A stretch of DNA of 64,000 bases, from contig OX597818.1 of NCBI GenBank assembly GCA_951406725.2, positions 119,474,001 to 119,538,000 on the forward strand, in the 5' to 3' direction. Positions within the stretch are counted from its first letter, which is position 1. Every line of letters starts with the position of its first letter. The position numbers and the translations under genes are program-made. This DNA is from Octopus vulgaris (taxonomy: Eukaryota). This document shows positions 39,636 through 53,290 of the stretch, piece after piece. The notes under the pieces were generated by a model, which made no database searches, was not told the origin of the DNA, and saw nothing but the letters and a program-made list of their open reading frames with translations.

Positions 39636-39962
39636 AACCCCTTCGATCATGACTGACCATGGGATTGCACCTAGAAAGTTACCCTCCCAGGCACAAGTCC
39701 GGGCAAGGTTGTTTACGGAAGACCAGCAGTCGCCCATGCATACAGGCCTGCCCTTTCCACACCACTGATGTTATCCAAGGGAAAGGAACCGATACAGCTT
39801 GGCACCTGTGACGTCGCTACTCATTTCTACAGATGAAGGAACTGGAGCAACGTGAAATAAAGTGTATTGTTCAAGATCATAACACGCAGCCCGGTCCAGG
39901 ATTCGAACTCACAACCTCACGATCGTAAGCTCAACGTTCTAACTAGTGAGCCATGCGCCTTC
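39636..39962 (-). mobile_element. tRNA-derived SINE (head H2, middle M2, tail T3)
   Basis: Reverse complement head gaaggcgcatggctcactagttag...gagttcgaatcc; body homologous to 59414-59659. Confidence 0.85.
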
Positions 39963-40490
39963 ATGTCACCTTACTACTACTAATAATAATAATGACTGCG
40001 ACAGTAAAGTTCTGATAAGATATGTACGAATATTTCTCATTAAGATTTAGAATTTTTTCCTTATTTTCTGTCAACTCTTTGTTTATTTCACCGTCGTATC
40101 TTGTAGACCTGGCCTGTGGTGAAGCAGGAAATTTATTTTTGACTATTTTCAGTGAAAAAATACGTTGGTTTGAGATAATTTTTTTTTGTTTGCATTTAAA
40201 AATTGGCTACAAGACATAGAGATAACGTTACCTCGAAGGGAGGAAAGTGAAAGCAGAAAAATGGAAAATGAACAAAGACGCAAAACAAAATAATGTAAAT
40301 GAACAAAAATATATTACGCCTTCGCATATTTTGAAGGAAAAAAAAGTTATTATTGCTATAGTCAATGGCTCGAATGTGGACAAATTTTGTCTGAAGAGTG
40401 TGTGTATATATGTGTGTGTGCGCGCATGTGTGTGTGTATGCGTGTGTCCGTGTGTGTGCGTGTGTGTCTGCTTGTGTGAAAGGAGTGTAC

Positions 40491-40531
<41 letters not shown>

Positions 40532-40713
40532 TATATATAATGCATGTATGCATATATATGTATATATATGTATGTATGCATATATATATGCATATATATA
40601 TATATAAAAGCATATTACTCTACCACTGGTATTTAAGTACTCTTTTTTCTACCTTGTTTCACATTTATGTGTTTTCTCCGGTATATATATATATTTATTT
40701 ATTTATATATATA

Positions 40714-40787
40714 TCCATAAATTCACGTAGCACACCCTATATATATATATATACATATATATAGGGTGTGCTATCTGAATTTATGGA
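40714..40787. repeat. Palindrome centred on a (TA)n array
   Basis: tccataaattca-cg-tagcacaccc (TA)n gggtgtgcta-tc-tgaatttatgga. Confidence 0.85.
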
Positions 40788-41049
40788 AACATATCCCATA
40801 AAACTCAACAAATTTGTTAAAAATGGGACGAGAAGATATTAAAATAATATGTGTGTGTGTATTTATATATATCTTATGGGAGCGAAATACATTCACACAC
40901 ACTCGCACATTCACACACACACACACGTACACACGCACACATGCATGCAGGAGGAGATACAGCACTAAGATGCAGCACTGTGCTGGAAGTGGACAGCAGA
41001 CGATAGCTACATCCAAAATAAAAAGTAGTTGAAGATAGATACACACACG

Positions 41050-41086
<37 letters not shown>

Positions 41087-43137
41087 TTTATCAAATGTAT
41101 ATCAATTTATTTTTGTCGCTTATTAGTATTTATGTAAGTATTTTTTTATAGCTTCATGTGATTCCCTACTCAGGTATTAAGACCATTTGAGAAACATGCA
41201 GAATTTTGCTTTTGGTTTGGAGAATCGTGTTAGGATTTCACATCAATTTTTTTTTCATCACTCTGCGGTTTGTTTTATTATTTCTTACTCTTTCCGCTGT
41301 TGTATATGCACAGTGTCTCTTTTCTGTGATTTTGTAGAGTGATGAATACGTTTTGCATGCGCTGAGTGATTACTGACGTGTCTTTCAGTGTCAGCCGGTG
41401 TAAATGAACCCACTAAGACTAGTTCGATCTCCTATATCTGTTTGAGAACAAAAGTTTAATTGTTAGAATATACAAGAGAAGTTGGAACATCAGGAAGTGT
41501 TTCCAAATATTTAAAATTTTTGTTTTATAATTTCAAAATATAATTTTTTCCACATGTTTTAAAATTTCATGTTAAAAAATAAATATTGTTTTATATTTTA
41601 AAGATTCTGGGAAAATATCTTTTATTTGTTATTTTGGTTGAATTGCTTCTTATTTTGCTACTTTTTCTACCTTTTTAAATCTGTAACTAAAATTCGGAAA
41701 CAAGCAAAATTACTGATTTTAACAATTCGATAAAATGAAATCCCGATAGTCAAGAATCACGTTTTTATGACAAATAGGTTTTAGTGTTGTAATTTTTTTT
41801 TTTTTAATCGTTATCAATAGCAAGATATTGATTATCGCAGTCTCAGAAAATGATAATGAATAAAAATAAAATACATTTCACAGTGTTTTTGTGCATAAGA
41901 AGGGAACCAGCAAATTTGTTTTCTCTTTTCGAAGCATTGAAATTTCGAAGTTTAGAATGGAATTTTTCTAAGACGAAAGTAGAATAGCGATGATTACACG
42001 AAAGATAAATAGAGCAAGAATTTAGAATGAGGCAATATTTTATTTTGTAATTTTTCTCCATTTTTTGTAATTTTTTCTCTATTTTTTGTAATTTTTCTCT
42101 TTTATTTTGTATGTGTAAGCGATACTATTTTGTTTTGTAATTTATGGTGAAAATGTTCAGCAATACAATACGATCCCCAACGGTGGATTCATGCTCGGGA
42201 TTGAATATGAATGTCAGTATTTCTTTTCAATAACGAATGTTAGCAGGAAATCAATGAGCGTTGTGCTTGTTTTCACAACAATTCTCCTCAATGGACTTTT
42301 AAAATGTTAAAGAGTTAGTTTTTTTGCTCACATTAAATTCACAGACGACGTATGAAACAATTTTCTAAAAAAAAACTCAATTTATTTTCTGTTGAATAAG
42401 ATCAATAAGCTTCTTTTAAACCTCTTTCATTAAATGGATCGAAATTATAACCTTTTAGGGGCCTCGGAATGGATGGTAACCTAAGGCTTTGTCTCTCAAA
42501 ACCAAGTTATTGATATATTTATGCATCAAGGAATTTGAACAAAGTATTTCTGAAATTTTATTTATAGCAAAGTATGCAAATCCTAGCTTTTTCGCACGGA
42601 TTCATGTTCTCGTTCTTTTACTTATCCATCCATATCTTTCGAAACACAATCTTTTACGTTTTACTTAAAAGAGAGAAGGGAGACGTTCAAACCCTTTTAT
42701 TTTTCAAGCACCCCGAATCTGGTGAGAGAGAATAAGAAAGTTATTCTCAAACCAGAAACCTGGCGCCAAAGACTTCAGCAGTACAAAATCGCCATCTATT
42801 TATCATACAACTTGTATATACACCTCTAGAAGGCATGATGCTGTGAAATTGCTTGCTATAAAATCTCTTCGTTGACTTGTTTTAAAAACACGATTCATAT
42901 ACTGGCACGAGAGAAACATCGTTATTACGTGTTTTGTCGTTGTTGAGTTTTGTGAATTCAGTACGCTCGAGTGTCAATATATAGGAATGGGTGAATAAAA
43001 TATTAATTGGTGCTACAGAAGATTGCCAAGCTGTAAAATACTTCGGTGTAAGCAATTGAAGCAACTATAAATTAAAACTACTATCTATTTATCTTACTTA
43101 ATGTATACATGCTGTTGAAAGGTATATGTTGAATTCT

Positions 43138-43557
43138 TATTTCTTTATTGCCCACAAGGGGCTAAACATAGAGGGTACAAACAAGGACAGACAAACGTAT
43201 TAAGTCGATTACATCGACCTCAGTACGTAACTGGTACTTATTTGATCGACCTCGAAAGAATGAAAGGCAAAGTCGACCTCGGCGGAATTTGAGCTCAGAA
43301 CGTAACGACAGACGAAATACTATTTCTATTTCTTTACTATCCACAAGGGGCTAAACACAGAGAGGACAATCAAGGACAGATAAACGGATTGAGTCGATTA
43401 CATCGACCCCAGTGCTCAACTGGTACTTATTTATCGACCCCGAAAGGATGGAAGGCAAAGTCGACCTCGGCGGAATTCGAACTCAGAACGTAGCGGCAGA
43501 CGAAATACCGCAAAGCATTCCGCCCGGCGTGCTAACGTTTCTGCCAGCTCGTCGCCT
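43138..43557 (-). mobile_element. SINE family B tandem dimer
   Basis: Two units joined at gacgaaatac|tatttctatttctttactatccacaagggg. Confidence 0.88.
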
Positions 43558-45312
43558 TTATGTGTGGAATTCTATGAGAATGTATGTGTGGAATTCTATT
43601 AGATAAAATTCCTTAAAGCACCACTAGAGAAATGGTGGTTTCAAAACTAGCAACCGAGTGCGTCCACAGCCCAAGAGCATAAAAAGCCGAAACAAATACT
43701 GCAATGCATCTCGTCTGAACTCTACTAATTCTGCTCATCGTCAGCTCTCGATTTGTATTTTATTTTAATCTTTCAAAAGGATGAAAGACAAACGTGGATC
43801 TCGAGATTTGAACTCTGATAGAAGAGACTGGAGCAAATAATCCAAAATATTTTGTTATCCGCTGTAACGATTTTACCTAGTGATGTAGTTCAATTAATTT
43901 TTAAGCTTAACATTACCCACCTTGGAGGGCGAGCAGTGTCATAAACGGCAGAACAATGCCTCGCAGCATTTCATTTTACGTTCTCAGTTCATATTCCCCC
44001 GGAATCAATTGCATTGCCTTCCAAACTTCCGTGATCGACATAATAAATACCATTAATAACCTGAAATAGAAGCCATCAACTTTACTCTGCCTGAAACTTT
44101 CTGTACCTCGACAAAGTTTAAGAATGAATATTAAGCGTCAGGAATGTATATTAACTTTCCGTTTCGGGTGAATCCTAAAATTCCTTAACAGTACAGAATT
44201 AATTACTGTCATTGATTTGTCGATATGCTAAATAAAGCGACAGCAATGCGTTTCTCATGCACATAGTAGTTAAACGGTATTAATCCTTTTCTGCTATGAG
44301 AGTGTTTGAGTTCGTCACCCTCCACCGCTTGACGAACGATGGCGGTATATTATGTCCTCGTAACCTGGCGATTCGTTAAAATAGACTGTAAGAATAATTA
44401 CTATACTTTAAAATAAACACTGGTCACCAAACAAGGACACAATGCCTTGCCAAGTATCGAACTTACGACTTCAAAATCTTAAACCGAATACCTTATCCAC
44501 TAAACCACGCATTTTCACAATGTGTGCATTTAAGTATATGTGCACACAGAGACTGACATACACACATACACACACACAGAGACGCATACACCCAAACACT
44601 GTGTTACTCCAAGTAGACTCAAATATCAAAATTAACTGTGCTAATGATTTAAATTAATTACCAATGTGTTCTATTTACATTGGATGTGTAAAATAAATTG
44701 CATACCGTTATGATTAAATACCAGTGTTCATAAATCAATATCTACCAATGAATTAACATACATTTATAAAGAAAATGAATATCTCCTGTTTTCTACATGG
44801 AAATTAAACTATACTAAATAATCAAAATAGTAAACTGTGAAAGTATATTAAAATAATATTAGTCACTTGTTTATTTTATTTTCATCGTCAAAAACAAGAG
44901 TTTTTTCTAGGCACTTCGCTACTCACTTGGAATTAAGTATGAGCCAGTGATGTAACTCCAATTCGGTAGCTCGATTTACTAAAAATACTAGCTCTGCAAC
45001 CAAATATTACAGGTTACCCTCTTGAGAATGAAGGACCTATGAATAATGTCATCCTGAGTAAAACAGAACAGCGTTTCCCAAGCATTTTGCATTAAGGACG
45101 CCTTCATGCAAATTAATCTAATAATTTTTTCACGGACCGTAGGATCAAACGCATAATAAAACACGATGCCGTAGGTATATAATTTAATTATTACATACTC
45201 ACACACACTGAATAATGACATACATACACACATAGTAAAACATATTAAGAAGAATAACGTACTGAAATTTCATATTGGAAAAAAAATATTTTTATGAAGT
45301 AAAATACTTACG

Positions 45313-45347
45313 TAGTCGACTAGTTTCGTTTAGGCTAATCATGACTA
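45313..45347 (-). ncRNA. Minimal type-I hammerhead, A3-U8 variant
   Basis: Reverse complement: tagtc-ATGATTA-g(cctaaa)c-GAAA-ctag-TC-gacta. 5-bp helix I, single G-C helix II, palindromic ACUAGU, GUC triplet. Confidence 0.7.
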
Positions 45348-45487
45348 AGTAATTATTGATAATTTTATAATTTTATGTTATTAAAATAAGCCTTCATTGC
45401 AGGTTTGTAGGAGGGAGGATTTTTTGTAAATGAATCGGGAGATAAGTTTCAGGGACTGACCAAAACTTCAAAATATTTCAATGCGTA

Positions 45488-45649
45488 GGCGCAGAAGTGG
45501 CTGTGTGGTAAGTAACTTGCTTATAAACCACATGATTCCAGGTTCGGTTCCACTGAGTGGTACCTTGGGCAAGTATCATCTACTATAGCCTCGGACCGAC
45601 TAGAGCCTTGTGAATGGACTTCGTAGACAAAAACTGAAAGAAGCCCGTC

Positions 45650-45701
<52 letters not shown>

Positions 45702-45824
45702 GCATGTATGTATGTATGTAAGTATTTATGTATATGTCTATGTATGTATTTGTGTGTTTGTGTTTGTATCCCATCATCTCTTGGCAACCGATGTTGATGT
45801 GTTTACGTGCCCGTAACTTAGCGG
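45488..45824 (+). mobile_element. SINE family A, 3'-truncated
   Basis: Family A head, microsatellite and part of the 3' half. Confidence 0.85.
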
Positions 45825-46644
45825 TGATGGTAATTGTGATGGTTGTCATAGCTGTGGTGGTGGTTGTGGTTGTATTAATTGCGATGGGTTTCTAATTTTA
45901 TTGCCGTTGTTCACTTTTGCTGTCAGATATAATCAAGCAAACTTATGATCAAATAAATTCGCGGTATTCTATATTCAAGCATGGTCTATGCAAATATATA
46001 TTTTAATATATATTTGATGTATATTTTTTTCTCCATTTTTACGCCAACAAGATGCGATTTAGAAGATATGTGGTTGCTATTTTTTTTTCAGATTGCGCAA
46101 CTACATAATGATTACTTGGTTTCCTGCTTCTCGTATTCGGCGACGAAATAATCTGCTCCACCAGAGTTATTCTTTTGATACGTATGTGCTTATGCTTTGA
46201 GTTATTAATATTCCAATATTTAATATACTATACTTAATATTATATACATAAATCCATATAATTTCCCTCCTCTCTCCCCATCGCTATCTATTTATCTATC
46301 AACCTATCTATCAAACTATCTATCTATCTCTATCTCTGTTTCTCTCTCCCACGTTTTCAAATCTCTGTTGTTGATCGTTAGCAGTTGTGAGACCGCTTCC
46401 ATATTAACCGCTTTTGTCGAAGCATCCATTTGAGGGCCTATGGCTTCCCATGGGATTAGTTAATATCTTTATTCTCATTCTTATGCGTGTTTTATCTAAT
46501 TATCATTATAGCGAAACCGAAATGAATCATCTTTCCAATCCCCTTCAAGAAGTAGCGAATGTAGATGTTTATAAACTGTAGGCGTCTTCTCTGGCCAATA
46601 AGGGGAATATAATTAACAAGAATATTAATATTTAATGCAAGGAA

Positions 46645-46860
46645 TACGATGAACTGTCAGAATCGTTAGCACACAGTGCATAATGCTTAGCGGCATTTCG
46701 TCCGTCTCTACGTTTTGAGTTCAAATTCCACCGTGGTTGACTTTACCATTCATTCTTTCTGGATCGATATAATTAGTAACATTTGAACGCTGGGGGCAAT
46801 CTATTTGACTTTCCCACTCCACCGAAATTGCTGGCTCTGTGCCAAAGTTTGAAACCAATA
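46645..46860 (+). mobile_element. SINE family B, degenerate
   Basis: cagaatcgttagcac...gagttcaaattccaccgtggttgactttacc. Confidence 0.7.
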
Positions 46861-47440
46861 CTTATTTCAAGGCGATTCCACTTGAAACATAACTAGGAAA
46901 AGGACTTGAAGGTCTTCAGCAAGCAGGGGAGACAACTTTAAATATGTTTCGGCTTTATTAGGTCTCCTCATCAACGAACATATATTTTATCATCCTTGCT
47001 GAGGCTGTGCTAACAGAACCACAAACTAATTAATGTACACCGGTATATGAAGGAAATTAAAATTTTCGATGTGTAAATTTCCCTGTGGCACAAATAAACA
47101 CAAACAATAATTTTGTTAAGTACAACATAGTGAAGCAAGTTACGAGCTGAGAGCGAAAAATTACAAATCAATATTAGAAATTGATTAATGATATCAGAAA
47201 GACCTGCTCATCCTAACGTCCATTTTAAAACTGCTTTCTCACCAATCCTGCACCATAACACATGATGAAAGAATAGAGCCTAAAATAAGCAATGAATGCA
47301 TGAGTGTGTGAGAATCAATTTGCAAGTGACTGGTTAATATAAGGGAAAATAAAGCATGTCTATCATATTGGTAAATACCGATTAAGATATATAGGCAACG
47401 TCAGCAACAATAACTGAGAAGAACGAAAAATAAAATATTA

Positions 47441-47575
47441 GGCGTACGAGTGGTTCCAGCTTCAGTCCCACTGCGTGGCACCTTGGGCAAGTAAGTGTCT
47501 TCTACTATACCTTTGGGCTGACCAAAGCCTTGTGAGTGGATTTGGTAGACGGAAACTGAAAGAAGCCCGTCGTAT
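47441..47575 (+). mobile_element. SINE family A 5' half
   Basis: Head through gaagcccgtcg, then microsatellite. Confidence 0.8.
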
Positions 47576-47588
47576 ATCTATCTATCTA

Positions 47589-47626
<38 letters not shown>

Positions 47627-47679
47627 CATACATACATACATACATACATACATACATACATACATACATACACACATAA

Positions 47680-48585
47680 AGGCGCAGGAGTGGTAAGAAG
47701 CATGCTTACCAACCACATGGTTCCAGGTTCACTCCCACTGCGTGATACCTCGGGCAAGTGTCTTCTAAAATAGCCTTGTGAGTGGATTTGGTAGACGGAA
47801 ACTGAAAGAAGCCCATTGTATATATATATATATATATATATGTATAAAAATTATATATAAAAAATACAAAATGGGACAAGAACGCAAGACACACAAGGAG
47901 ACGACACAAAAAACGGACAGGTCATTCGAAGCCTCTAATCTTCAGTCAGGAACCGGATCATCTTCGCAATTTCGGCTGATTAATCCTGAGATCGCTCCGA
48001 TCCGGCCAGCCCCAAGGAAAAACTAAGCTACGAGCTTGGAAAAAGGATCGAATGTATACGAAACAAGGACAGAAAAACGGACGATGCCACACGAATATAA
48101 ATACAAAAGAAACAAAAATAAAAATAAAAAGCAAGAATAGTAATAACAGGACAAAAACAGCGGGTGTCTTATGACTTTAGACAGTTTAACTTATCTTAAC
48201 TGGCGTATTTGGAAATAAATGCCTTTGCGGCAGACGAAGAAAAGGGTGTTGTCGTGGCGGCGGTCGAAGGCCGAAAGGCTAGTTGACCAGCGGTCACGAG
48301 AGGGGTATGTATGTATGTATGTATGTATGTATGTATGTATGTATGTATGTATGTGTGTGTATAAGTTTGTTCGTCAGTGTTTGTCCCCCCAACATCGCTT
48401 GACAACCGATGCGGGTGTGTTTACGACCGCGTAACTTAGCGGTTCGGAAAAATAGACCGATAGAATAAGTACTAGGCTTACAAAGAATAAGTCCTGGGGT
48501 CGAGTTGCTCGACTAAAGGCGGTGCTCCAGCATGGCCACAGTCAAATGACTGAAACAAGTAAAATAGTAAAAGAGTAAAGAGAGT
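47680..48585 (+). mobile_element. SINE family A split by a ~455-bp insertion (47850-48305) in its internal microsatellite
   Basis: 5' half 47680-47820, unrelated insert, then (TATG)n and 3' half to 48585. Confidence 0.8.
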
Positions 48586-48916
48586 ATACATACGCACACA
48601 CACATACACACACATTTCCTGAGACATTCATACATACACACACTCACAATTCCTCACTCTAACCCTACCTTTCCTTCCTTCCTCTTATTGTTTACTTTTA
48701 TTTAAATTTTTTTTTACATATCATTATCGTCGTCATCATTCTCTCTTCCCCCCCCCCTCTCGTTTTCTCTCTCTGTTTCCCTCCTTCTTTTCTTCACTCG
48801 TTCTGCCTCCCTCACTCTTCTCCAATACCTCTGCTTTTCATTATGCACTCTCAATTCCGCATTATTCTCAGTCACTCTCCCTTTTCTCTTTCTTCCTCTT
48901 TCCACTCACTATGTCA

Positions 48917-48962
<46 letters not shown>

Positions 48963-49065
48963 GTATATCTATCTGTCTGTCTGTTTGTCTGTCTATCTAT
49001 CTATCTACATATCTATCTATCTACATATATATCTATCTGTCTATCTATCTACCTCGCTCTCTATC

Positions 49066-49098
<33 letters not shown>

Positions 49099-49288
49099 GT
49101 ATCTATGTGTCTGTCTGTCTTCCCCCTCCCATCTTTTCCTCACTCTTTCTGCCTCTCTTATTCTATTCTCCAATACCTTTGCTTTCGATTATGCACACTC
49201 AATTTCGCATTATCTCACACACACACACACACTCTCAATTTCGCATTACTCTCGCCCGCTCTCATTTCTCTTTCTTCCTATTTCAATT

Positions 49289-49325
<37 letters not shown>

Positions 49326-49689
49326 CTTTTACTTTCCACTGGTCCATCCAGTTGAAATCCCCATTTTCATAGATTTTATTGTCCTATATTTTTAAACATT
49401 ATCTCTCCCGCCTGTTACTACATCTCCCTTTCTGATATTTCCATTCTCTCTAGATGTCTCACTGCCTCTCACCGTTTCCCTCACCACGTATCCTTCTCTA
49501 GTACCTTTCACAATTTCCACGTCTATATATTTCCTCCCCGTGGATCTCCCTAATTTGATCCATTTATATTAGTAGTAACTTTTTCTATTTATTGCCAGTA
49601 TCTATCTAAGTTTATATCATACAAGTGCCTCAACGTCTAACTCTCTCTCCATCTTAATCTCTCTTTCTCATCCCCCCTCTCGCTCTCTA

Positions 49690-49725
<36 letters not shown>

Positions 49726-50094
49726 TCTATATCGCCTTTGTATCTATACACAATTTTAATATCCATGTTATCATACTTTAGCCTTCTTTCTCTGCAAGTC
49801 ATTGTTGAACATATGAACACAGATTTAAGATATCGCCATTTTCCTATCGCTCGAATTCGCTTGCCTTTCTTTCTGTACAAATAATACTTTTTTTAACACA
49901 CGCATAATCAGATATGACAAAATATTATTAGGATTTTTTCTTTTCTTTTTCTATTTTCTTTTATCTTTTGCAAAAACAAGATTGCTTCGATAAGGCAACA
50001 AATACAAGGAATGGGATCACATCAGTTTTCTATGTCTCTATCAAAAATATCTTTATATATGCACACATACTCATATACACACACAAACACTTAA

Positions 50095-50144
<50 letters not shown>

Positions 50145-50528
50145 ATTTATGTATGTATATGTGTATGTGTGCATATATATATATATATAAATGTATGTAA
50201 ATGTGTATATGTGTCTCTATGCATATGCATATATATATATATATATATACGCAGAGACAAAGAGAGTTAAGTAGATGGATACGGTGATAGGAAGATAAAC
50301 AGATAAAATATATACATATATATATGTGCGTGTATGTAGAGAGAGAGACAGACAGACAGACAGACACAGACAGAGATACGGATGATGTACAAATATGCAT
50401 ACATACACACACATGTGTTAATATATATATATGGGTAGCTAGATGCATACATAGAAATATAAATAAACGTGCGTAGTTCCTTCTCTCAGACTTCGGCTCT
50501 CATTCTCTCTTTCTCCACTCACCCTATT

Positions 50529-50566
<38 letters not shown>

Positions 50567-50682
50567 CACACATATATATATACATATAATATACATATAT
50601 TTTATATATATTTATATATATGTATATATATATATATATCATATACATATATATACATACACACACACGCGCACACACACAC

Positions 50683-50733
<51 letters not shown>

Positions 50734-51104
50734 CATACATACATACCGATAAAGGGTGGGTAAGAGAAGGAGGGAGAGGCAACAGCCGTCTTTGTATCAG
50801 AGCTAATACTTTGGCACAGATTCAGGATACAAGTTTTAGCTTGATCGACATTTTTAGACAACTAAAGAATAGTCCAATCAATGGATTAGAATCACAGTAA
50901 CGATATCCATTGGTCTATTGATTACTCTCCCGTTTTTTACAAGACAAACACATAAAAAAAATTTTTTAATAGGATGGGAAGGATATCTGATCTGATTACA
51001 GTAAGTCCTAATATAAACTAAACTGCATAATGAAAAGCAACACACACACACACACATATATATGTGTGTATGTGTGTGTATATGTATATATATTTAATTA
51101 TATA

Positions 51105-51160
<56 letters not shown>

Positions 51161-51497
51161 TACGTACATATAATACATATATGCATGTAATATATACTTA
51201 TATATATATATACATGTGTACTTATATAAATATATATATAACGTTAATCAGATATATTCAATGAGAATACAATATAAGGAATTTCTAATAACTGCTCTTG
51301 GTAGGGAAATATCTAAAACATTAAAGGTACTTAAACATTTAATAAGAGCGATTATATATTATATTTTAAAATAAGTACAGGAAATGTACATCAAAAAGTC
51401 ATCACAGAAGATGTAGGTCCAAACTAATATTGTGTTAATAGATAGATATATAAGTATATAAAGTATGATTATTTAAAATGTTTAAAAGTTTAATATA

Positions 51498-51586
51498 TCT
51501 TACGATCGTTTCGTGAATGTATTACCCTTAGAAATGGATTCTAAAATTGTTAATCATTACTAGGTAATACATTCACTCGTTAGAAA
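51498..51586 (-). ncRNA. Type-I hammerhead with 14-bp helix II (G5A mutation)
   Basis: Reverse complement: ttt-CTAACGA-gtgaatgtattacc(36 nt)ggtaatacattcac-GAAA-cgatcg-TA-aga. Confidence 0.7.
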
Positions 51587-52846
51587 GAAAATAGGATGAA
51601 TTTCCGTGTAGTCAATCGAATACTATTTAAAGATATATATATATATTTTTTTAAATATATACATAAATACTTTTAGAAATATATGCATAGATATATACAT
51701 TCATACATTTATGGTGAAATCCAACTCGTAACGCAGTAAAAGAGAGCGAGGTAGAAAGAGAAAGAAGTGCATAGCACATGCGTGAAATATTCCGCCTTTT
51801 ATACACTTTTGAAGTTTCTGCCGATTAAATATACTTTTTACTATGTACAGTAATCCCTCGTAATATCGCGGTTTATTATTTAAGCTTACGTCGATTCCTC
51901 TGTAGTGAGGTTTTGCATTTATAATTACATGGAAAAATGAAAGCAAGAGAAAAAATATTCTTAAGATTAAAAACCTAGAAAATTACAGGACAAGTTATTA
52001 CACTTGGAAAAGTTCAGGACAGCTTTTTACATCTGGTAAAGTACGGAACAAAAACATTTTTTACCCCACAACATTTTTTATACAAATTTTTGTTGCATGG
52101 GAAGCAAATTATGAAATATTCTTCACGCTTTCTTCTTTCCTTGAAGCTAAGATGAATATATTTTGCTTTTAAAATAATAAAAAGTTATTTAGATCTAAGC
52201 TTGACTGGTGGCATTACTTACTCCCTAATAACGTGGCTACAAATTTTGATGTAAACTTTTTTCTACTGGGCCAGTTCTCAATTTCTTTATGCCAAAATGT
52301 CCAGTCTTCTTCAAAGCTGCCAACAGTTTTCAATTTGATTTAGAACTGAATTAGCGACAAGCTCTGAAAGGTGCTGTGGTGAGTAAATTGCGGCCTTAAG
52401 AATATTATTCAACTACTACCGTAGTTAAATGATGAAATAAATATAAACAAATAAAAACATAATTAAAAAAATATATACAGTACTGTTTCTACTTCGCGGA
52501 GTTTTACCAATTGCGAGTGTTTTGGAACGTAACACCTGCGATAGTCGCGGGAATACTGTATACATTTATCATGCATTTCACTCGCTTTTCCATTTCTTTC
52601 TCTCCATCCGTTATGTAAATCCTTACACAGATTATTTTCTGCCCTTGTGATGCCCCACCCCGCCACCTCATCTTTGCCCCATGTGGCTAATAAATGAAAC
52701 TATTACTATTATTATTACTGTTTTACTTCTCAGAGCCTTCGGTCTTGTTTGTTCTGGTTGATTCTGTAAGAGCAGTCAGCAGTCAGTTTTCAGAGGTTTC
52801 ACAGTGTCGCTTTCCGCACTTATAACATTATTATTATTATTATTAC

Positions 52847-52899
<53 letters not shown>

Positions 52900-53124
52900 G
52901 TACCATCCCTTCTAAGTCATAAATCAAAACATTCGGCTGCAACTATCGAGTGCACAACCTTAGGAAAAATTGTGCGATAGATTTAAGCTGGGAATAAAAA
53001 TAACTACAAAAGCAAAATCGCGTACGGGAAAACTGACACACCAACATCATTTCACCGAAATGATTAAATATATAATACCATGTGTATGTAACATGCAAAT
53101 ATATATAGAAAGAGAGAGAGAGAG

Positions 53125-53181
<57 letters not shown>

Positions 53182-53241
53182 AATGTGTGTGTTGATCTGT
53201 ATATATACATACACACATATATGTACACACATACAGATATA

Positions 53242-53290
<49 letters not shown>

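Noticed and set aside
46935-46980. Reverse complement TTGATGA-gg…cc-GAAA-cata-TT
   Set aside because: Helix I does not pair and helix III is imperfect; kept only as a weak candidate.
47915-47985. CUGAAGA and GAAA motifs in the insert within the SINE
   Set aside because: The stems cannot be nested into a type I, II or III hammerhead.
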